The notes below the pieces were generated by a model, which ran no database searches, was not told the DNA's origin, and saw only the letters and a program-made list of their open reading frames with translations. Position numbers and translations under genes: made by a program. Shown piece by piece: positions 57,955-64,000 of a DNA stretch of 64,000 nucleotides. The DNA comes from a virus: positions 1 through 64,000 of the IMG/VR virus record IMGVR_UViG_3300031251_000010; one strand, 5' to 3'. The number at the start of each line of letters is the position of its first letter. Within the stretch, counting starts at the first letter, position 1.

Positions 57955-58250
57955 GCGGTCCTCCAGCGGGCGGATTTCACGTACAGGTCGAAAAGCGGCT
58001 GTTGCCAGGGGCAGTAGGCAGAGATGGACAGCTGCACGACTCGTCCCGCATCGTGGTAGGTGAATCCGCGCTGGTGGAGGGCATCGCCGATTCGGTTGAT
58101 GCCCTTGAAGGTTGGATCACCCTTGATTGCAATGCAGAGGGCTCCGCCCACGTTGTTCGCAGCGTCGTTCACTGGGTCGGCGGTCGCAGGGGAAGCCGAT
58201 GCCACGGCTACTACGAAAGCAACGGCAGTGGAGGCTAGTAGGCGGATCAT
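57951..58250 (-). CDS. secreted DUF732-like protein
   Basis: signal peptide ending ATADP; C...AYCP. Confidence 0.6.
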   Translation of the reverse strand: MIRLLASTAVAFVVAVASASPATADPVNDAANNVGGALCIAIKGDPTFKGINRIGDALHQRGFTYHDAGRVVQLSISAYCPWQQPLFDLYVKSARWRTA

Positions 58251-58412
58251 GCTGCGGTGCTCCAGATCTCGGCGGGTGTGCCGAGCTTGGCGGACAATTC
58301 GTCCCAGATCGGGTTGAGGCTTGGCGGTGCCTGTTCGGGTGCCGGTTGGACCCCGAACAGGACACGCCGCAACCATTGGCTTTTCATTGCCTTCTCCTTG
58401 TGCTGGTTTGTG

Positions 58413-58769
58413 TTACGCGAGTGCGAGCTGCTGGGAACCGCCCAGCCGGTAGTGCATTTCGCCGATACCGGCAACGGTGAGGTGGATGATGTGCGGGCGT
58501 TCCTTGGTGACCCCGGTCGGTGTTTCGTATTCGCCGCCGGGACGGAGTGCGAGGTAGCCGAGGGTCACGCTCTCTGGGTAGGCGTGCCAGCGTTGGTCAC
58601 GACCACGGGTTATCCAGTCCTCGTTGGCCATTGCCTCGAACAGCTGGTCCCGCCCGATGTTGATCGCAGGGTCCACGGACAGGAGACGTGCAGCCTCGGT
58701 CACCGTGTGATCCCCGCTGAGTTCCGCGAGATGCGCTGGCAGCTCAGGGCGTTGAAGGATGCGCGCCAT
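58413..58769 (-). CDS. antirepressor (KilA-C/ANT-like)
   Basis: TV.EAA..L, IGRDQLF, W.AY, T..G pattern. Confidence 0.65.
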   Translation of the reverse strand: MARILQRPELPAHLAELSGDHTVTEAARLLSVDPAINIGRDQLFEAMANEDWITRGRDQRWHAYPESVTLGYLALRPGGEYETPTGVTKERPHIIHLTVAGIGEMHYRLGGSQQLALA

Positions 58770-58893
58770 GGTGATCACCGGCTGGCGAGGACGTTCGTTG
58801 TCAGGACGGCGCCGAGGAATGCCCCGAACGTGAGCACCCAGAAGACGGGCACCACAGTCTCGCGGAGCCAGGGCACGACGATCTCGCGGAACA

Positions 58894-59754
58894 TCAGGCG
58901 AGTGCTTCCTGCGTGGCGCGGGAAACCGTGGGGAAGTTGGTTCCGTTCCAGCCGCCCTTGGGCTGCTGGAGCTTCGCGATGTTGTGCCCGGCGAGCCAGT
59001 GGTTGAACGCCACGATGAAGTAGCCAATCGCCTCGCGGTCAGACATCTTGAAGCCCTCGCCGCGCACCCGGTCTAAACGGTTACGCAGGGCCAAGATCGG
59101 AGAGCCAATCTCCAGCCCGGCGCCGTCGAGCACACGCTGGAAGAACAGGCTGGTTGTCTCAACGCCGTGCCAGTACGCGATACCCGCGAACACGGCACGC
59201 ACCAGGCCGGGCCGCGCCTTCACCCGATTGAACGCGCCGCCCCGGCGGATCAGCTCGAACACCTCGGGGTGCTCCGTGGCCCACTGCACTACGTCCGAGG
59301 TCGTGATGGCGCCGGAGGCCTTGTCGGTGTAAAGCCATCCGCGCTGCCACACCATGAACGTCTTGATCGCCGATGCGTCTGAGTTCGTGGAGTTGATACC
59401 GGCGAGGTTCAGCTGGTCCGACGCGCTCCGCCTGAGGCCCTGGTCCATGGTGCTTTGCGATTCCGCCGGCAGGCCCCGAACCACAAGCATCTCCACGGGC
59501 ACGCCGCATAGGGAGACCGCGTGGAGGCGGTGCTGCCCGTCGAGGAGTGAACCGTCAAGGGAGAACTTGATTGCCTCGCCGTTGAACTGCCAGCGACCCG
59601 CCTCCATGTCGGCGGCGAGCTGCATGATCTTCTTCTCGCTGAGGGGCCGGTTGTGGACGTTGAACTTGAGGTATTCGTCGGCGAGCTTGCCGTCGATCCG
59701 CTCGACATCGGATGTGACCATTTGGTTCCTCCGAAGTGGGATAGCATTCGACAC
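58894..59754 (-). CDS. ParB/DGQHR-like domain protein
   Basis: NRPL...DM..G.W..NGEAIKF...LLDGQHRL. Confidence 0.7.
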   Translation of the reverse strand: MSNAIPLRRNQMVTSDVERIDGKLADEYLKFNVHNRPLSEKKIMQLAADMEAGRWQFNGEAIKFSLDGSLLDGQHRLHAVSLCGVPVEMLVVRGLPAESQSTMDQGLRRSASDQLNLAGINSTNSDASAIKTFMVWQRGWLYTDKASGAITTSDVVQWATEHPEVFELIRRGGAFNRVKARPGLVRAVFAGIAYWHGVETTSLFFQRVLDGAGLEIGSPILALRNRLDRVRGEGFKMSDREAIGYFIVAFNHWLAGHNIAKLQQPKGGWNGTNFPTVSRATQEALA

Positions 59755-59775
59755 TGAGGTGCTCCTTCTGCTGGT

Positions 59776-60657
59776 TTACGAGGGCAACTTCTCGATGACG
59801 CGTTGCAGCGCGTCTCGCGCGCGGATCAGATCGCTTGCGTAGATGGCGATTTGGTCCGCGTTCTTGTCGAAGCGGTCATCGGCCGCTATCGCCTCTACCC
59901 GCTTCACCGCCTTCGTCATGGCCGTGGTGGCATCGGCGAAGGAGTCTGTGATCGGCTTCCGGCGCGGGGTGGGCTCGGGAACCGGTGCGGGGGCGGCGGG
60001 TTCAGGAAGGGCGCAGCCTTCGTGCTCATCGCGCCAGTCCTGGTAGGCCAATCGGTCTTCGTACGTCGCACCCGCGTAAAGCGTCATGGTGGAGCCGCAC
60101 GGGCATTTCGCAAAGCTCTCCACGGTCTCGGTGGTGGCGGCAGCGGGGGGAGCGCTCACCCCCGAGACCGTGGGAGCGCCCGTTGCCACCTGCGCGGGAG
60201 AAGGCGCAGCGTCGGCGGCCACCGGGGGCTCATGTGGGAGGTCTGGGACAACGGTCAGCGGTGGTCGTACCGGCTGCGTCGGCTGGTAGATCTTGCCGTT
60301 GGTGCCGGTGATCGGCCCTACTGATTCATTTGACTCAGTAGGCGGTGCGGGGAGTTCGCGTTGCACTGTGCTCTGGCTGACCCCGGTTGCCGCCGCGATA
60401 GCGCGTGTGGAGAGCCCAGAATCGCGGAGAGACACCACTACCTGAGTGCGTGTCTCGCGCGGCAGCTTGAACCAGGTGGAGGCGAACTCGCGCTCGCAGT
60501 AGACATCCCAACTTGGGTATCCGAGGACAGCCCAGGCCCGCTGGGTGTACGCCTTCGAGATCAGATCCCAGACCCGATCGACGGAGGTGCGGATGCTCTC
60601 GGTGAGGGCGCGGGCGTCACTCGGGGACATCGCGGTCACGGAGACGGCGGACATCAT
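59776..60657 (-). CDS. HTH DNA-binding protein
   Basis: LGY.SW..YC..EF, GLSTRAIAAATGVSQSTVQR. Confidence 0.65.
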   Translation of the reverse strand: MMSAVSVTAMSPSDARALTESIRTSVDRVWDLISKAYTQRAWAVLGYPSWDVYCEREFASTWFKLPRETRTQVVVSLRDSGLSTRAIAAATGVSQSTVQRELPAPPTESNESVGPITGTNGKIYQPTQPVRPPLTVVPDLPHEPPVAADAAPSPAQVATGAPTVSGVSAPPAAATTETVESFAKCPCGSTMTLYAGATYEDRLAYQDWRDEHEGCALPEPAAPAPVPEPTPRRKPITDSFADATTAMTKAVKRVEAIAADDRFDKNADQIAIYASDLIRARDALQRVIEKLPS

Positions 60658-60908
60658 GCGGCCTTGGAGGCGGAGTCGGGGAGGAGAGAGGTGAGGGAGA
60701 TACCCAGAAAGCGGGCGATGCCGTCGAGGTCGGCGAGAGTGAAGCTCAATTCCCCTTTGAGGCGGCGGCTCACGTACTGCCGGGTGCGCTTGAGGGGAAC
60801 GGATGCGTCGGTGGCGGTGAGGCTGCGTCGGGCGAGCTCAGCTCGGATAGTGGAGCCAATCATCTCGTCCAACGTCGGATCGTTACTCACAGCGTAACGA
60901 TAACTCAC
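60654..60908 (-). CDS. Cro-like HTH regulator
   Basis: IRAELARR...VSRRLKGE.SFT..DL..IA..LG; divergent from the repressor. Confidence 0.75.
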   Translation of the reverse strand: MSYRYAVSNDPTLDEMIGSTIRAELARRSLTATDASVPLKRTRQYVSRRLKGELSFTLADLDGIARFLGISLTSLLPDSASKAA

Positions 60909-61024
60909 GGCAGGTAACGACGCTACCGTTTGGAGATACGGCGCGCCGGTTTAAGTGAGGTGTGCGTTACTTTTCCGGCCGTTTAGTTAGCTTTAACTTT
61001 CACCACGACCGCTAGACGGTTATC

Positions 61025-61444
61025 ATGAGCGCTATGAGTACGTTGTATTCGGTCCCAAACGAGACTTTGTCCCAGACGGTGGCCCGCCGAATCCGGGGGC
61101 TGCTCGGGGAGAAGCGCATCTCTCAAGCGGCCTTCGCCAGGCTGCTTGGAACCAACGTCGCCAGCATGTCTCGGCGACTTTCAGGCGATCACCCTATTGA
61201 TCTCGCCGAGGTTGAAAAGTACGCAGCCGCCCTAGGGGTTTCCCCAGAGCGGCTGTTGACTGGTCGGCCTGATGGGAATGACCCCGGTGGCCCAGGTGTG
61301 CGCCCGAAGGGATTCGAACCCCTAACCTTCTGGTTAGGGGTTCCCAAGTCGCCTGCCTCTTCCGAGGGAGCGATCACGGATCTCGGCGAGTATCGCAGGG
61401 CGCGTCGCAACACACCAACGCCGCAAGAACCCGCAGTAGCGTGA
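61025..61444 (+). CDS. immunity repressor (XRE HTH) containing attP
   Basis: ISQAAFARLLG....SMSRRLSG; divergent from Cro; C-terminus ...PAVA. Confidence 0.8.
   Translation: MSAMSTLYSVPNETLSQTVARRIRGLLGEKRISQAAFARLLGTNVASMSRRLSGDHPIDLAEVEKYAAALGVSPERLLTGRPDGNDPGGPGVRPKGFEPLTFWLGVPKSPASSEGAITDLGEYRRARRNTPTPQEPAVA
61298..61343. other. attP core (3' half of a tRNA, probably Arg) with 12-bp inverted repeat
   Basis: reverse complement CAGAAGGTTAGGGGTTCGAATCCCTTCGGGCGCAC is a tRNA variable loop/T-arm/acceptor 3' strand; GAACCCCTAACC-TTCT-GGTTAGGGGTTC. Confidence 0.8.
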
Positions 61445-61446
61445 GC

Positions 61447-62136
61447 CTACGACGCATCAGCCGTGTCCGACTGGACGCGCCGCCGGGCGCCGACCACACC
61501 GGCCAACGACAGCGCCGTGAAGCTGACGAGCTGGATCGTCCACACGATCGGGTAGGTGGCCTCCAGCGTCCACCGGAGCGTGTACATATCGACCCGATCC
61601 AGGACCATGAGCAGCGGGTAGAGCGCGCCAACGACGCCGTAAATTCCGAACAGCCAGAACAGAACCCGGTTCTCCTGCCCTTTCTTCGCGCCGACGACGG
61701 CGGCGATATGTGTAGGCAGCAGCCCGACCGCGAGCAGCCACGAGAACACATAGCTAGGCGGCCCAGGGATGGTCTCCATCACGAGGCTGGGTGTGGTCGA
61801 GAGATTGGTGATCAGATACACGGCGCACATACCGATGATCGATGCCCACGTAATCACCAGTGCCCAAAGGGTGTTCAGGTCTGCGATGCGGCAGGTCGTG
61901 CGCGCGAAGATGTACGAGGACGCCACCATGAGCACGTAGGTGATCACCTGGGAGAGGTTGGCCCAACCGGTCAGGTCCATGAGTGGCGGGTCGAGGGTGG
62001 TGACGAGAGCGCTCACGAGCTGCGAAACGCTTGTCACCCAGAGCCCGATGGTGAGCGGCCACGGTGCCCGTTTGACCGTCCGATAGAGGGCCGCGAGGGC
62101 AAGCACCACTGCGCACGCCGTGCCGAGCGGGTCCAT
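61447..62136 (-). CDS. multi-pass membrane protein
   Basis: 229 aa, ~7 hydrophobic segments. Confidence 0.7.
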   Translation of the reverse strand: MDPLGTACAVVLALAALYRTVKRAPWPLTIGLWVTSVSQLVSALVTTLDPPLMDLTGWANLSQVITYVLMVASSYIFARTTCRIADLNTLWALVITWASIIGMCAVYLITNLSTTPSLVMETIPGPPSYVFSWLLAVGLLPTHIAAVVGAKKGQENRVLFWLFGIYGVVGALYPLLMVLDRVDMYTLRWTLEATYPIVWTIQLVSFTALSLAGVVGARRRVQSDTADAS

Positions 62137-62432
62137 CAGAAACCTCTCTCGAAGATCTCGGCGGCAGATGGCCGCCTCTTGGGCCGGTCGGGAGTATCGC
62201 GAATAGCTTCCGCAATCACCTCAAGCAGGTCGGTGTCCAGGGCATTCGCGATCATGTCTGCGTCATCGAGGCCAATCGGCTGTGCGCCGGTGCGGCGCGT
62301 CCCCAGTAGTCGCGACACCTTGTCGTCGGTGTAGCCGGTGCGTTTAGCGATGGTGTGCTGGTCGATTTGCTTTTTGGCAGCGATGGCTCGAAGGACAGCA
62401 CTCACCGCACGGGACAGGGGATGTAGTCGCAC
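62136..62432 (-). CDS. XRE-type HTH regulator
   Basis: IDQHTIAKRTGY....VSRLL; TGATG-coupled to the membrane gene. Confidence 0.65.
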   Translation of the reverse strand: MRLHPLSRAVSAVLRAIAAKKQIDQHTIAKRTGYTDDKVSRLLGTRRTGAQPIGLDDADMIANALDTDLLEVIAEAIRDTPDRPKRRPSAAEIFERGF

Positions 62433-62624
62433 AAGTAACAGAATAGACGCGAATTTCCAGATTTTCTGGCGGTTTCTAATAACGGCAGCTATCGTCCGTT
62501 TTCTAGTTACGTCGGGGAGGCGGCACTACAAAGCAAGGGGCGGAGCACGCATGGTGGAAACACTTGTCTCAGAGGGGTATTCGCAGCACTATATTGACCT
62601 CCACATCAAGACCGAGGGGCCTCA

Positions 62625-63605
62625 GTGATAACTGGGCGAAGTACCTCAGGACCGGCGCCGCTACCAATACCGGCCGAATGGCAGCCGCTCATCGAGCGTT
62701 ACCGGCTGTTCCTCCAGGCAGCCGGGCGACCGAAGACAACAATCGGGACCCGGATGGCCCATATGAGCCGGATAGCCAGATGCTTAGGAGCCTCACCCGA
62801 GGAGGTGACACACGATTTACTCGAGGTGTGGTTCGCCCACCAGAGGCAGTGGGGGCAAGAAACTCGGCGCGGCTACCGCGCATCGACTACTGGCTTCTTC
62901 GGTTGGGCCCATGCGGCAGGCCACATCCCGATCGACCCTTCCACGAAACTGCCATCGGTGAAGGCGGGGCTACCTACACCGAAGCCCGCCCCCGACCGCA
63001 TCTGGAAGGAAGCTCTCGTCGCGGCCGACGCACGGACCACGGTGATGCTGTACCTGGCTTGCGAGGCAGGGCTCCGACGAGGCGAAGTCGCCCAAGTCCA
63101 CACCGATGACCTCCGCGAGGGATTCTCTGGGTATCAGCTGCTCGTGCACGGCAAGGGCGCCAAGGATCGCCTCATCCCGATCTCGGACGAGATCGCGGCG
63201 ATGATCCTCGCCGGGCCGGGCGGGCACACCCCCGGCCGCGGAGACCGCGGATTCCTGTTCCCCGGCGCGGACGACGGCCACCTCTCTGCACGTTGGGTGG
63301 GGAAGCTTTGCGCGGTAGCGATGCCGGGGGTTTGGACGATGCACAAGCTGCGGCACCGTTTCGCCACCCAGGCCTACCAGCGGACCCGGAACCTCCGCGC
63401 GCTCCAGCAGCTCCTCGGTCACGCGAGTGTCGCCACGACGCAGCTCTATACGGCGGTCGATGACGACGAGATGCGGGAGACGATGCTGGCCGCCGCTAAT
63501 AGCGGCCCGCGCCCTTGGACGCGGTGGGCCAGTTCAGCGGCGGCAGTTGTGGTTGCGGCCAGTGCCGCGACACTAGCCAGCCACGCGGTGTCGCTAGTAC
63601 CTTAA
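62625..63605 (+). CDS. int: tyrosine integrase
   Basis: GLRRGE (R), HGKG.K.R (K), HKLRH (HxxR), LLGH, TQLY (Y); short, no obvious arm-binding domain. Confidence 0.92.
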   Translation: MITGRSTSGPAPLPIPAEWQPLIERYRLFLQAAGRPKTTIGTRMAHMSRIARCLGASPEEVTHDLLEVWFAHQRQWGQETRRGYRASTTGFFGWAHAAGHIPIDPSTKLPSVKAGLPTPKPAPDRIWKEALVAADARTTVMLYLACEAGLRRGEVAQVHTDDLREGFSGYQLLVHGKGAKDRLIPISDEIAAMILAGPGGHTPGRGDRGFLFPGADDGHLSARWVGKLCAVAMPGVWTMHKLRHRFATQAYQRTRNLRALQQLLGHASVATTQLYTAVDDDEMRETMLAAANSGPRPWTRWASSAAAVVVAASAATLASHAVSLVP

Positions 63606-63610
63606 CCGCT

Positions 63611-64000
63611 ATGGACCTGCGCAAACTCGGCTTGTACGGGCTCTCGGCAGTCGCGCTGGCCGCGTGTAGCCAACAGCCCGCTCCTCCTGCCGGCGGCAGC
63701 ACGGTTGTCACGTCGGTGATTGTCTCGGTACCGGCGCGGGAAACCGTCACCGTGACGGCGCAACCCACCTCCGCGACCCCGGAGGAGGGAAACCCCAGCG
63801 ATCAGGCGTTCATGGCGGTGCTCGTCCAGCACGACATCAATGTGGGCAGCCGGGAGCAGTCGATTGCGCTGGGGCACAGGGTCTGTGAGTGGTTCGAGGA
63901 GCGACCGGGCAACGACTTGGCCGCCGCCGTGAAGGGGATCGTCCAGAACTATCCGAAGATCTCTCAGGAGCATGCGGCGCTACTCGCTGGCGCGGCGGGC
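63611..64000 (+). CDS. DUF732-like lipoprotein (partial)
   Basis: MDLRKLG...lipobox LAAC; DQAF...G..VC pattern; runs off window. Confidence 0.6.
   Translation, partial: MDLRKLGLYGLSAVALAACSQQPAPPAGGSTVVTSVIVSVPARETVTVTAQPTSATPEEGNPSDQAFMAVLVQHDINVGSREQSIALGHRVCEWFEERPGNDLAAAVKGIVQNYPKISQEHAALLAGAAG

Noticed and set aside
60880-61020. Defined repressor operators (GTAACG/CGTTAC repeats)
   Set aside because: Short recurring hexamers are visible, but I could not define a consistent operator, so none was annotated.
61298-61332. tRNA gene
   Set aside because: Only the 3' half is present, inside a CDS; interpreted as an att core.
61441-62334. 297-aa plus-strand ORF after the repressor
   Set aside because: Antisense to the more convincing membrane protein and HTH pair, with low-information composition.

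Overview
The whole window is a GC-rich temperate siphophage genome, most likely a mycobacteriophage (M. abscessus/chelonae-type gene content; host is inferred). Most genes are on the minus strand. From left to right: tail and head genes with terminase (1-17.2 kb); a ParB + TET/JBP-like dioxygenase + glycosyltransferase DNA-modification cassette and an ATPase-HNH gene around the likely packaging site (17.2-20.7 kb); small accessory genes, including a nucleotidyltransferase and a Ro60/TROVE gene preceded by five tandem Y RNA-like ncRNAs with circularly permuted tRNA-like domains (20.7-31.2 kb); two divergent polymorphic-toxin-like cassettes (31.4-37.1 kb); early replication and recombination genes (37-60.6 kb); and a Cro/repressor switch with an intact tRNA-derived attP core inside the repressor gene, followed by a short tyrosine integrase (60.6-63.6 kb). 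The most striking element is the Ro60 gene with its array of five diversified Y RNAs. Product calls come from motif recognition and synteny only; no database searches were run.
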